From assembly GCA_009692845.1 (NCBI GenBank), contig SHYK01000001.1, positions 180,400 to 244,399 on the forward strand: a stretch of DNA of 64,000 bases, written 5' to 3'. Position numbers and translations under genes: made by a program. This DNA comes from Chloroflexota bacterium (GTDB taxonomy: Bacteria; Chloroflexota; UBA6077; SHYK01). Positions 19,549-28,314 of the stretch are shown here, piece by piece (position 1 is the stretch's first letter; every line of letters begins with the position of its first letter). The notes below the pieces were generated by a model. That model made no database searches. It was not told where the DNA came from and saw nothing but the letters and a program-made list of their open reading frames with translations.

Positions 19549-20060
19549 TCATGGGGCTCTCGAAACGCGGCGGCCGGTGGCGCGGCGGGGTCGGGAATGC
19601 TGGGCGGCCTCGACGGCGAGGGCGACGGAGATGAGGAGGTCGTCGTGGCCCTCGCGGGGATCTACGTACCAGGCGAGGCGCTGGTTGGCATGGAGGGTGG
19701 AGCGGGCGAGGCGGGCCTGGCGCCAGAGCTCGGAGAGGGCCCCCTCCCCCCAGCGCACTCCCCCGGGGAGGCGGATGGCGGAGCGGCGAGTGAATCCGAT
19801 TGCGTGGGGATTTTGAGGCGGTTGCCGTTGATGGTACTCAGGAGCTGGTAGCCCAGATCGCTCTGCTCACCGCCGAGAACGAGAACGGGTGGACGATGTC
19901 GGCTCCGAGGGCATCGACGAGGAAGCTGGCGAGGCCGGCGCCGACACCGGTGGCATCGACGGAGATCGATTGGCAGGGCCAGGTTACCTTGAGGAGGTGG
20001 ATGAGGTGATCGAGAAGGTCGCGGTGTTTGCGGCCGGTGGACCAGTAGAAATCGAGCAGC
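19549..20060 (-). pseudogene. frameshifted remnant resembling the RNase-H-like nuclease domain of a phage terminase large subunit
   Basis: Three minus-strand frames give consecutive segments ...SISVDATGVGAGLASFLVDALGADIV... / ...VLVLGGEQSDLGYQLLSTINGNRL... / ...YVDPREGHDDLLISVALAVEA*. Motif spacing (~95 aa) fits a terminase nuclease domain. No ATPase domain is present. Confidence 0.25.
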
Positions 20061-20631
20061 GCGACGGATAGCCATCGAGGCGCTTGATCTTCTCGATCTG
20101 ACGGGCGTGGTCTTGCTCGTGGAGGCCATGCATGACCAGCCAGCCGCGGCAGTTGAGCTCGCCAAAGCGGCGGTGGGTGTCGAAGGTGTCCAGACGCTCG
20201 TGTCCCTCGATCTCCGCGACGGCGGCGAGCAAGGCGGTGTGGCTGGTAGTGATCGCGGCGGCGAGCTCGGGCAGGCGGCGGGTGTCTACAGCCTCCATGT
20301 AGCCGGGATAGGTGGGCGTGAGCTGGAGGGGCTGGCCGGAGCCGAGCTGCCGGATGCGGTCGGCCATGATGGCCTCAACGCTGGCGACATGGCGGAGGGC
20401 TTCGGCGATACCCCAGGCGGCTTCGCCCTCGCCAGTCGGCGGGCGAAAGGCGGCCTGCTGCTCGCTGATGCCCTCGATCGCGTTGAGCAGGTCCTGGCGG
20501 GCCGCCGCGAGCTTGGGACGCAGCGCCGAGAAGGGGAGTGCTGCCTCCTGGAGGAGGAGCTCGCGCACGGGTTCGATGACGTCTCCCCAGGTCTCGCCGG
20601 TGATGGGTGAAGCGAGGGGCTTATCGCGCAC
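19984..20631 (-). CDS. DinB_2/maleylpyruvate-isomerase-N-terminal-like metal-binding protein
   Basis: 215 aa. ...AWGIAEALRHVASVE...WLVMHGLHEQDHARQIEKI, DinB-type four-helix bundle with His triad. Second DinB paralog in the window. Confidence 0.5.
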   Translation of the reverse strand: MRDKPLASPITGETWGDVIEPVRELLLQEAALPFSALRPKLAAARQDLLNAIEGISEQQAAFRPPTGEGEAAWGIAEALRHVASVEAIMADRIRQLGSGQPLQLTPTYPGYMEAVDTRRLPELAAAITTSHTALLAAVAEIEGHERLDTFDTHRRFGELNCRGWLVMHGLHEQDHARQIEKIKRLDGYPSRCSISTGPPAANTATFSITSSTSSR

Positions 20632-20643
20632 ACCAGCCCCCGA

Positions 20644-21126
20644 TCATCGGATGTAGGTGGTCCACCTGGATCCGCGCTGGGGCGGGCGATGACCGGCATC
20701 GGGATCGGGTGAGCTCGGGCGGTCCGGTGCGGGGGCGGAGACCTCTTTGGTGGGCGCACTGGAGTCCTTGGACGGAGCGCTCTCGGCCGGTCCAGGAGCG
20801 GGGGCCTTGCTGGCGGACGAAGATTCAGTGGACGACGGTTGATTGGGCGTGGGTGCAGTGGACGCGGGTGCAGTGGACGAAGATTCGGCGGATGAAGATT
20901 CAGTGGACGAAGACGTCGCTCCAACCTTCTCCGCAATCGGAGAGGCGCGGTCGGGCTCGAGATCGGCGGAGGAGGAGCCGTTTCCTCGGATGATGCCGAC
21001 CGCCTGGATCACTTTGCGAAGCTGGCCGCCGCATTGCTCGCACACGGTGAGCGGATCATCGCTGAAGGTCTGCCGCCGCTCGATGACCTGGCGGCAACCC
21101 TGGCATGCATAGACGTAGGTGGGCAT
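20644..21126 (-). CDS. FmdB-family zinc-ribbon protein with Ser/Thr/Pro-rich pentapeptide-repeat tail
   Basis: ATG at 21126 gives MPTYVYACQGCRQVIERRQTFSDDPLTVCEQCGG (CxxC-x~20-CxxC). Tail is SSTESSSAESSSTAPASTAP... The tool ORF's N-terminal extension was rejected. Confidence 0.55.
   Translation of the reverse strand: MPTYVYACQGCRQVIERRQTFSDDPLTVCEQCGGQLRKVIQAVGIIRGNGSSSADLEPDRASPIAEKVGATSSSTESSSAESSSTAPASTAPTPNQPSSTESSSASKAPAPGPAESAPSKDSSAPTKEVSAPAPDRPSSPDPDAGHRPPQRGSRWTTYIR
20814..20918. repeat. ~7 tandem 15-bp in-frame repeats (consensus ttcagtggacgaaga / gtgcagtggacgcgg)
   Basis: Visible periodicity in the sequence. Encodes SSTES-type pentapeptide repeats in the FmdB-like protein. Confidence 0.6.
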
Positions 21127-21335
21127 AAAAGCATTACTCGGAGGGCAGATTTGGGCCGGGGCTAGAGCCTGGGGCCGCTGGCGATTATAGCCCCCAATGA
21201 GCCTGCGGGTGCCTTCGACCACTTGGGCCGACAGGCGGGCGGGGTTGGGGAGCGGGTTAGAATGCCAGCTATGAGTTGTATCGATGGGTTCACAATTGGG
21301 TCGGAGAACCCTAAGGGAAAAGTGCAGGAGAGCTT

Positions 21336-21971
21336 GTGAGAAAACTCGTCCGATGCCGAATTCGGCTGGCTGCAGGTGCCTGCCTGCTGGTGGGGGCTTC
21401 CGCATTTGCGTCGAGAGCAGCGGCGCAGGATTTTGGGTTCCAAGGGGAAAACCGAATCGTACCGGGCATCGGGAACCGGGGGGTGACGGGCGCGACTTTC
21501 GGCATCCTGGTCCAGGGCACGATTGGATGCGTCCACACGCAGCCGGGGGTGCAGAGCGAGCTGCGGGGGTTCCTGCGCTTCACGGCCGTCGCGCCGGCGG
21601 CGGATTTCGGCGGCTCGGGCGGGCTCCTGGATGTGGCCATGATCGACGAGGGAACCGACGAGGGAGCCGACTCGATGCTGCCGCCTGACCTTGACGGCGG
21701 CGGCCATGGGCCCGCGGGTGCCCCGTTTCCGAGTACGTTTACCGTCGAGGGAGGCGGCCCGGGGCTAATTCAAAATATCTTTTCGGGAACGGTGGGGGAA
21801 AACGGAGTCGGAACGTTTGTGCTGCCGATTCGCGCGCTGGGCGCTTACCGGGTCGCCCTGACCGGGCTCAATGATATTGCCATTACCGATATCCCCAATC
21901 TGTCCGCGGACGGATTTCCACTGACCTTCAACGTCGGGGCCACCTGTACGCCGCCGGCCAACTTCCCTTAG
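21336..21971 (+). CDS. secreted hypothetical protein (signal peptide)
   Basis: MRKLVRCRIRLAAGACLLVGASAFASRAAAQ signal peptide. 211 aa, Gly-rich, no recognisable domain. Confidence 0.45.
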   Translation: MRKLVRCRIRLAAGACLLVGASAFASRAAAQDFGFQGENRIVPGIGNRGVTGATFGILVQGTIGCVHTQPGVQSELRGFLRFTAVAPAADFGGSGGLLDVAMIDEGTDEGADSMLPPDLDGGGHGPAGAPFPSTFTVEGGGPGLIQNIFSGTVGENGVGTFVLPIRALGAYRVALTGLNDIAITDIPNLSADGFPLTFNVGATCTPPANFP

Positions 21972-21983
21972 AGGCGCAGTGAG

Positions 21984-22097
21984 GTGGACTACGAAGCTCG
22001 ACGGCGTCGCGGCATCATCAAGATCGCGGTCGGCGGCGCCATTCTCGTCCTGGTGGTCATCTCCACCTTTCTGCTGATGCCCAGCTACTACGGCTAG
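21984..22097 (+). CDS. small hypothetical single-TM protein (37 aa)
   Basis: GTG start 10 nt after a GAGG. Encodes VDYEARRRRGIIKIAVGGAILVLVVISTFLLMPSYYG. Below the ORF-track length cutoff. Confidence 0.25.
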   Translation: MDYEARRRRGIIKIAVGGAILVLVVISTFLLMPSYYG

Positions 22098-22262
22098 CGT
22101 GATCTATCTGGCGGGGTGGCCGCCTGCGGCAGCTGGTACGAATTACTCAGCATAGCGAGTAATTTTGCTCTGGGTAGTGAGGAAGGCCCGCCCGCCCATT
22201 TAGTCGGGGGCTCCGCCCCCGTACCCCCGGGGTGGAAAAGTAGCCACACGAGATCCGAAAAG

Positions 22263-23552
22263 CTACTGCTCGCCGAGGCGCCAGGCGGGGGGGACGTCGG
22301 GGAAGGTCCAGTGGCCGGCTCCGCCGAAGCCACGGGGGAGATCGGTGGGCGCGGCCTTGCCGAAGAGCAGCACGGCGAGCCGGCCGAGATCGATCTGGTT
22401 CCAGAGCGTATCGAGGGCTTTGCGGTGGGCGTACTCGACGTCGCGTCGCGGGAAGTGCTCGACCAAGCCGGCGACCATATCGAGCAGTCCGAGCCGGTCG
22501 AGAAATTCGGACTGGCGGGTCGAGCCAACCAGGGTCAAGCCAGCGGATTGGGCGGCGCTGGTGGCCGCGGTGAGGTCGATATCGGCGGTAAGGTCTTGCT
22601 GGCCAGGCAGGGCGAGCAGATCGTCGGAGCGGAGGTGCTGGCGATAAGCCCGGAGGGTGCCGGCGGGGTGGTCAGGTCCGTACAGCCGATCGGCGGGCTC
22701 GCCGTAATCCACCAGGAGCAGGTACCCGCGATCGAGGAGTCGGGCGGCTGCGCTCACCCAGCGGGGCGCTTCGAGGCTCACCTCGCCCAGGCAGCCGGGG
22801 GCAAGAGTGCCGCCTCCCGCGGCGATCGGTTGGGTCAAGCGGTCCGACGAGAGCGGCCCTTCGATCTCAGCGAACTGGCCGGTCTCAACCAATTGGCCGG
22901 CCTCGACGAATTGGCCGGTCTCGACGAATTGGCCGGCGCCGACGAAGGGGTCGCCGCCTGCCGTGACATAACGCTCGCGAATTCCGGTGGCGGTGCCGAT
23001 GAGGCGGTGGACGGGAAATGCGTCGAGCAGCTCATTGGCGAAGACACAGCCGGTGCCCAGGCACAGCCAGGTGGTGGGGTCGGGGTCGAGCCAGGTGACG
23101 CGGGGTAGCCAGGGGGCCAGCCGCTCTCGCTGCACGGCGATCAGGCGGGGATTCCGCTCGATCAGGGCCAGGGTGAGGGCGCTGGCGAACTCGGGATACG
23201 CTTGCTCGGCCACCTGGAGGACATCCATGGCGAAGCGCCCGGTGCCCGGCCCGCCTTCGACCAGCCAGAACGGATCGGGTCGGCCCAGAAAGCGCCATAG
23301 CTGCTCGAGCTGCGTGGTAATCAGGGCGCCAAAAGCGCCATGGATCTCGGGACTGGTGACGTAGTCCGCTTCGGCGCCCGGCCCAGACCCGATCCGGGTG
23401 TAGTAGCCGACGTCGGAATCGAAGAGGGCGATCTCCATGAACCGATGGAAGGTGATGGGCCCGCGCTGACGAATCTCATCGGCCACCCGGAGCGCGGCGG
23501 GGGTGGCGTCGATGCGTCGCAGACCCAGCGGGTCGGGGAGTACGCCAGTCAA
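22263..23552 (-). CDS. SAM-dependent methyltransferase, MidA/NDUFAF7 (DUF185) family, with an inserted hexapeptide-repeat loop
   Basis: FHRFMEIALFDSDVGYYTR...YVTSPEIHGAFGALI...WLVEGGPGTGRFAMDV is the DUF185 signature. Contains an (E/A)(T/A)GQ(F/L)V x4 insertion. Confidence 0.65.
   Translation of the reverse strand: MTGVLPDPLGLRRIDATPAALRVADEIRQRGPITFHRFMEIALFDSDVGYYTRIGSGPGAEADYVTSPEIHGAFGALITTQLEQLWRFLGRPDPFWLVEGGPGTGRFAMDVLQVAEQAYPEFASALTLALIERNPRLIAVQRERLAPWLPRVTWLDPDPTTWLCLGTGCVFANELLDAFPVHRLIGTATGIRERYVTAGGDPFVGAGQFVETGQFVEAGQLVETGQFAEIEGPLSSDRLTQPIAAGGGTLAPGCLGEVSLEAPRWVSAAARLLDRGYLLLVDYGEPADRLYGPDHPAGTLRAYRQHLRSDDLLALPGQQDLTADIDLTAATSAAQSAGLTLVGSTRQSEFLDRLGLLDMVAGLVEHFPRRDVEYAHRKALDTLWNQIDLGRLAVLLFGKAAPTDLPRGFGGAGHWTFPDVPPAWRLGEQ
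22862..22933. repeat. 4 tandem 18-bp in-frame repeats (gaattggccggtctcgac)
   Basis: Direct repeats visible at 22862, 22880, 22898 and 22916. Encode the GQFVET hexapeptide repeats inside the MidA-like gene. Confidence 0.65.
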
Positions 23553-23584
23553 TCTCGAGGGCGCTCGGTTCAGCGTTGACCGGC

Positions 23585-24982
23585 TTAGCGGCCTCGCCTT
23601 ATCGGTGGCCGTCTCGGGCTGCGATCCGGGGTCGGTGGCCGCGGGGCGCTGCGGTCTGGGGTCGGCTGAACTGGGGACGCGGGCGGGGTCGGTGCACGAC
23701 GGGCCTCCCGCAGCGATAGCGCGGCGGCGGCGACGTCGATGGGGTCATATTCCGCCACTAAGGCTTCGACGACGGCCCGATAGCGCCCCAACCGGCCTCC
23801 GTTCATCTCGTGGATCAGCTGCTCCTCGAGGATCTCGTTCGCTCGCTCTTGAGCGTCGGCGGCGGTGGGTACCTGGCCTCGACGGATGGGTGCACCGGTG
23901 GTGCGCTCGATGTTCTTCAGCTGGCCGAGCTCACGCGGATTCACGAAGGTGATGGCCTCCCCGCTGCGCCCCAATCTGGCGGTGCGTCCGATGCGGTGCA
24001 CGTAGTACTCGGGGTCGGGCGGAATGTCGAAGTTGACGACATGGCTCACCGCCGGGATATCGAGGCCGCGCGCGGCGACATCGGTCGCCACCAGCACCTC
24101 GGTAGTCCCGGCCCGAAATCCGCGCAACACTTTTTCGCGCAGGGGTTGGCTCATGTCTCCATGAAGGCCCTCGGCGAGATATCCGCGCGATTGCAGCCCT
24201 TCAACCACTTCGTCGACCATGCGTTTGGTGGCGCAAAAGACCATCGCGCGCTCCGGCTGCTTGGCGTCCAGCACCCGGCACAGCGCGTCCTGCTTGGCCC
24301 GAAAGGGCACCTCGTAGAAGACTTGACTCACTTCCGGGACCGTCATCGCGTGGGGCTTGCTGAGCCGAATCGTCTCCGGGTCGTGCATGTACTGGCGGGC
24401 CAGCTTCGCGATTCGGTCCGGCATGGTGGCGGAAAAGAGCGCAGTCACCCGTTCGGTGGGCAGACTCTCGAGGATGAAGGTCATATCCTCTTCGAAGCCC
24501 ATGTCCAACATGTGGTCGGCCTCATCGAGCACCAGGATGCTGACCCCGGACAGGTCGACGGTGCGCCGGTGGATATGGTCGACCAGCCGACCGGGGGTCG
24601 CGACAATCGCATGCACGCCTCGGCGGAGCACCTGAAGCTGGCGATCGATCGGCTGCCCACCATAGATGGGAACGAGGGTTAAGCCGCGCCCGTGACCGAT
24701 CCGGGTGAGCTGGTCGGACACCTGGATGGCCAACTCGCGGGTCGGCGTCAATACGACCGCCTGAGGGCCGGCACCGCGAGCCTTGAAGTCGATCAGCTCG
24801 GTCAGGGGAATCCCAAACGCGGCGGTCTTGCCGGTTCCGGTCAGGGCTTGGGCGAGCACGTCCCGCCGCCCCAGCAGCAGCGGGATCGCGCGCTCCTGGA
24901 TCGGGGTCGGCTCCTCGAAACCCATCTCGGCGAGGCTGTGCAGCACCGCCGGACTCAGTCCAAATTCGCTGAAATCTGTCAT
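23585..24982 (-). CDS. DEAD-box ATP-dependent RNA helicase
   Basis: Q-motif, AQALTGTGKT (motif I), VLDEADHMLDMGF (DEAD), SAT, HRIGRTARLGRSG (motif VI). Pro/Arg-rich C-terminal tail. Confidence 0.85.
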   Translation of the reverse strand: MTDFSEFGLSPAVLHSLAEMGFEEPTPIQERAIPLLLGRRDVLAQALTGTGKTAAFGIPLTELIDFKARGAGPQAVVLTPTRELAIQVSDQLTRIGHGRGLTLVPIYGGQPIDRQLQVLRRGVHAIVATPGRLVDHIHRRTVDLSGVSILVLDEADHMLDMGFEEDMTFILESLPTERVTALFSATMPDRIAKLARQYMHDPETIRLSKPHAMTVPEVSQVFYEVPFRAKQDALCRVLDAKQPERAMVFCATKRMVDEVVEGLQSRGYLAEGLHGDMSQPLREKVLRGFRAGTTEVLVATDVAARGLDIPAVSHVVNFDIPPDPEYYVHRIGRTARLGRSGEAITFVNPRELGQLKNIERTTGAPIRRGQVPTAADAQERANEILEEQLIHEMNGGRLGRYRAVVEALVAEYDPIDVAAAALSLREARRAPTPPASPVQPTPDRSAPRPPTPDRSPRRPPIRRGR

Positions 24983-25164
24983 GCCAACCTTTCGGGGGAG
25001 CTTTTACAGCGCGTGCAGGGATGGCCGCCCACGGACTTGGGGCTCTGCCCCAAACCCCGCTAAAGCTCGCTCCGCTCGGGACAGTCTAGCGGTTCAGGTT
25101 TTGTCGAGCGGTTTACGGCCTGCAGTCCGAACGGACAGGATGAGGGCGAAGGCGCGCCCTCGGG

Positions 25165-26061
25165 TCAGTTCTCCGATGGGCGCTGAACGAGGCCTCGGCG
25201 TTGGCGGAGGCCAAGGGCGACGCCGAAGGCCACGGCGCCCAGAGGCACGACCCACCACATGAACACTACGACGGTTATCGCCACTTCGGCCACTCGCTGG
25301 AGCATGCTGAGCGAAGCTTGCCAGGCGCGGCGGACGATCTCATTCGGGTCCCAGGCGCCTCGGGCGGTGATCTCGGGAACCAGCGTCAGGTCGATCTGCA
25401 CGAAGTCGGTGCGGCGATCGATCAGTTGCATCCGACCTTTGGTCCGTTCGATCTGGCCTCGGATGTTGGTGAGCTGCTGCTGCACCTTGAGGATGTCGTC
25501 GACGGTCTGGGCGCGCCTGAGCAATTCCAGGTATTGGAGCTCGGCCGCCTCTTGATTGCGCAGCTGGGAGCCGAGGTCGGTGTATTCATCCGTTACGTCC
25601 TGGCTGGAAGTCGTCTCCTCGTTCACTTTGGTGGCGAGGTGCCGGGCGTCCAGGAGGAAGGCATCGGCGCGATCTCTGGGCACCCGGACGCTGATGGAGA
25701 CGGATGCCTGGTCGCTGTCATTCTTGAACCGGGTGTTGGCCACGTAGCCGCCGAGTCGATTGACCGCCACGTTGATCGCATCCAGGGCATTCGCAACGTC
25801 GCGCACGCTGAGGTTGAGGGTGGTACTGCGAATGATCATGCGGTCGAGCGATTGGGTGGAGGCAGCGTCGCCGGCGATTGGGGCTGCGCCGGTCTCTCGC
25901 AAGGCAAGTGCCGCGGCCGGCCCGCTCGCGTTCGGTGCCCCCAGAACTGGTGCGCCGCCGGCCTTGCCAGGCGCTTCGGTTTGAAGATTCGAAGAGGCGG
26001 CACAGCCGGCCGCGCCGAGCGCTAGGACGCTGATGAGGATGGAAATGACCAGGGTTTTCAT
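25165..26061 (-). CDS. lipoprotein with coiled-coil region and C-terminal TM segment (DUF4349-like)
   Basis: MKTLVISILISVLALGAAGC lipobox. Central coiled-coil (QQQLTNIRGQIERTKGRMQLIDRR). C-terminal hydrophobic VVFMWWVVPLGAVAFGVALGL. Confidence 0.45.
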   Translation of the reverse strand: MKTLVISILISVLALGAAGCAASSNLQTEAPGKAGGAPVLGAPNASGPAAALALRETGAAPIAGDAASTQSLDRMIIRSTTLNLSVRDVANALDAINVAVNRLGGYVANTRFKNDSDQASVSISVRVPRDRADAFLLDARHLATKVNEETTSSQDVTDEYTDLGSQLRNQEAAELQYLELLRRAQTVDDILKVQQQLTNIRGQIERTKGRMQLIDRRTDFVQIDLTLVPEITARGAWDPNEIVRRAWQASLSMLQRVAEVAITVVVFMWWVVPLGAVAFGVALGLRQRRGLVQRPSEN

Positions 26062-26184
26062 GCTTCTCTCCTCAAGGGGACCACAGCAACCTTAACGCGA
26101 GTCGAGGCGGGCCGGTACATAGGAGTTCGTTAAGTTGAGCGACGAGGGAGGGGGGACGTTGGACGCGAACGCACCCCCACCCAA

Positions 26185-26206
26185 CCTCCCCCGGTCGAGG
26201 GGGAGG
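26185..26206. repeat. palindromic intergenic element copy A (CCTCCCCCGGTCGAGGGGGAGG) with T-run; terminator-like
   Basis: Perfect 8-bp stem, 6-nt loop, followed by AGTTTTT on the + strand. The same 19-nt core recurs at 32223-32245. Confidence 0.45.
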
Positions 26207-26246
26207 AGTTTTTAGGCGAAGCCCACGCCCTACGGGATCGGGTCGA

Positions 26247-27626
26247 TTAGAGATCGGGACGGGTCATTGGCGGCGCGACTTTGCGGCGGATGGGGCGGGT
26301 GCAGGCGAAAGTCAGGACCGCCGACAGTGCGGAGGCAGCCACGATTCCGTGGAAGGCGAGGCTGTAGCTGCCCGTCGCGGTGTACAGCAGGCCGGCGGCG
26401 AGGGGACCGAATGCAGTGAGCAGGACCGAGACCGGCATGGACGCGCCGCGGATGGCGCCAAGCGACCGACGACCGAAGTATTCGGCCCACGCGACCTCCG
26501 CGATCACGTTGGTCCCGGATAGAGCCAGGCCGTAAATACCAACTGCGAGAAAGACGCCGGCCAGGCTGTCGGCTTGCAGCAGCATGTAGATGCCAAAAGC
26601 ATATTGGGCGAACGTGGCAATCAGGAGTCCCCGGGGAGGAACCTGCTCGGAGAGCAAACCCCACAGCGGGGCACTCGTAACGGAGATGACTCCCCGCAGG
26701 GTGATGATGGATGCGCCAACCAGGGGCGAATACCCCAGGTCATAGAGATAGGGAAATAAATGCAGGTTGACGGCCTGCTGAGCGAGCTCACCCACGCCGA
26801 GGGCGACGATGAGGAGCCAGAAGGCGCGGGTGCGCAGGGCGTCGTGGAGTGTCCACGAATCCTCTTCGGTCAGGACGGCTGGCGGCTGAGAGGCGCCGCC
26901 GGGCGGGCCTTCATTAGAAGGTGACGGAGGGGGCGACGGAGAGGGCGACGGCTGGGGCGACGCCGAGGGTGACGGAGGGGGCGACGCCGAGGGCGGCGGT
27001 GCTCCGTCCGGTGTGAGACCCACATCCTCGGGCCGCCGGACCATGAAGAGAGCGCCCGGAACGAGCACCAGTAACCAGATCATCAGCCCGAGGATCGCCC
27101 AGCCCCACCGCCAACCCAGGGTGGTTAACATCCAGGCGGACAGCGGCGCGAGCAAGAGCGCGCCGCCGGATCCGCCGATCGCCGAGATCCCCATCGCTCG
27201 GCCCCGCTTGGCGATGAACCAGTTGCTAATCGTCACCGACATCACCAGCCGGCCGAAGCCGGCCACCCCGATACCAACGACCAGCCCCCGCAGCACGTAA
27301 ATCTGCCAGAGCTCGTCACTCGTTCCAGGCAGGGCAAAGCCGATTCCGGCCAGCAGAGCTCCACCGACGACGAGCCATTTGTGCCAGCCGCGGTCCAACA
27401 GGATGCCTACCAGGGGCGCGATGAATGATTCGACCAGCCGCGCGACCGTCGATATTCCCGAGATCGCGGCTCGGCTTACGCCGAGGTCCTGCTCCATGGC
27501 CGGCATGAAAATGCCGAGCATGGTGTTGTTGCTGGCCGTGCCGGCGAGCTGCGCGATCGCCGCAACCGCGACGATGTTCCAGCCGTAAAAGTAGCGAAAC
27601 CGTCGCCTACTCGGCTCAGCGCTCAA
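26247..27626 (-). CDS. MFS transporter with Pro/Ser-repeat central loop
   Basis: 12 hydrophobic segments. Central loop PPPSASPPPSPSASPQPSPSPSPPPSPS. Confidence 0.7.
   Translation of the reverse strand: MSAEPSRRRFRYFYGWNIVAVAAIAQLAGTASNNTMLGIFMPAMEQDLGVSRAAISGISTVARLVESFIAPLVGILLDRGWHKWLVVGGALLAGIGFALPGTSDELWQIYVLRGLVVGIGVAGFGRLVMSVTISNWFIAKRGRAMGISAIGGSGGALLLAPLSAWMLTTLGWRWGWAILGLMIWLLVLVPGALFMVRRPEDVGLTPDGAPPPSASPPPSPSASPQPSPSPSPPPSPSNEGPPGGASQPPAVLTEEDSWTLHDALRTRAFWLLIVALGVGELAQQAVNLHLFPYLYDLGYSPLVGASIITLRGVISVTSAPLWGLLSEQVPPRGLLIATFAQYAFGIYMLLQADSLAGVFLAVGIYGLALSGTNVIAEVAWAEYFGRRSLGAIRGASMPVSVLLTAFGPLAAGLLYTATGSYSLAFHGIVAASALSAVLTFACTRPIRRKVAPPMTRPDL
26920..26998. repeat. ~6 tandem 12-bp in-frame repeats (GGNGRGGGCGAC)
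   Basis: Encodes the (S/P)PSP repeats in the MFS cytoplasmic loop. Confidence 0.5.
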
Positions 27627-28010
27627 GACCGAAACCCTCCCTAGTCGTCAAGGTCGTCTCGTCGGACATGATCAGGCGCCTCCACCCGCTGGTCGCACCC
27701 GCGCGGGTGGCGAACTGACTATCCCGCCGACCGCCGATTCCCACTCGAATGTTGGGGTGCGCCAGCGCCATCCCCGGCTAGGCTGGAGGCATAGGCCTTC
27801 GGCACGCCTACTTGCCGTCGGCATCAAGCCCGACGAGAGGGGGTAACCGATCTGAGGTGGTAAACACTCGGTTCTAGGAGCTTAATCGCGGACTTCCACG
27901 CCGGTCCGGAGTACGTCCAGATCTGGTACGACGGGGGGATTCTGCCGACGGCGAGCTTCCTGAAGGATTTCGACGCCACGGGCACCCGGGTTGATGCCGA
28001 TGACAGCGCG

Positions 28011-28199
28011 GTGATCGGTGATGACATGGATGGCCTTATGGTCCATCTCCAACCCTCCCTGCCCGTAGGGATCTATTCCGTCGCCTGGCAGGCTACGGCC
28101 GATGACGGCGAGCAGATCCTGGACAACTACGAGTTCATGATCAGTCCCGAGCTGCTAGACGTCAGTGATGGAGACATGATCGAGCCGACCGAAGAGTAA
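28011..28199 (+). pseudogene. CopC-like copper-binding domain fragment (C-terminal half only)
   Basis: ...GLMVHLQPSLPVGIYSVAWQATADDGEQILDNYEFMI matches the CopC C-terminal beta-strands (G.YtV.W.a.s.DGH..G.f.F.v). The frame has a stop at 27861 and no signal peptide. Weak CopC-like N-terminal words sit in other frames from ~27669. Confidence 0.3.
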
Positions 28200-28314
28200 T
28201 CAGCGGGGCGTGGCTTCCGATCCTGAGAGAGTGCGCGGCAAGGAAGCGCGCTGACCGGCTGGACGGCTCATCGAGCACCGCTTGATCAAGCAGTGGTCGA
28301 TGAGCCGTCTTGGT

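Noticed and set aside
20107-20610. 167-aa + strand ORF (and similar long antisense ORFs such as 8219-8563, 21284-21688, 25201-26025)
   Set aside because: Each lies entirely antisense to a well-supported gene with clear family motifs. No start context or motifs of their own.
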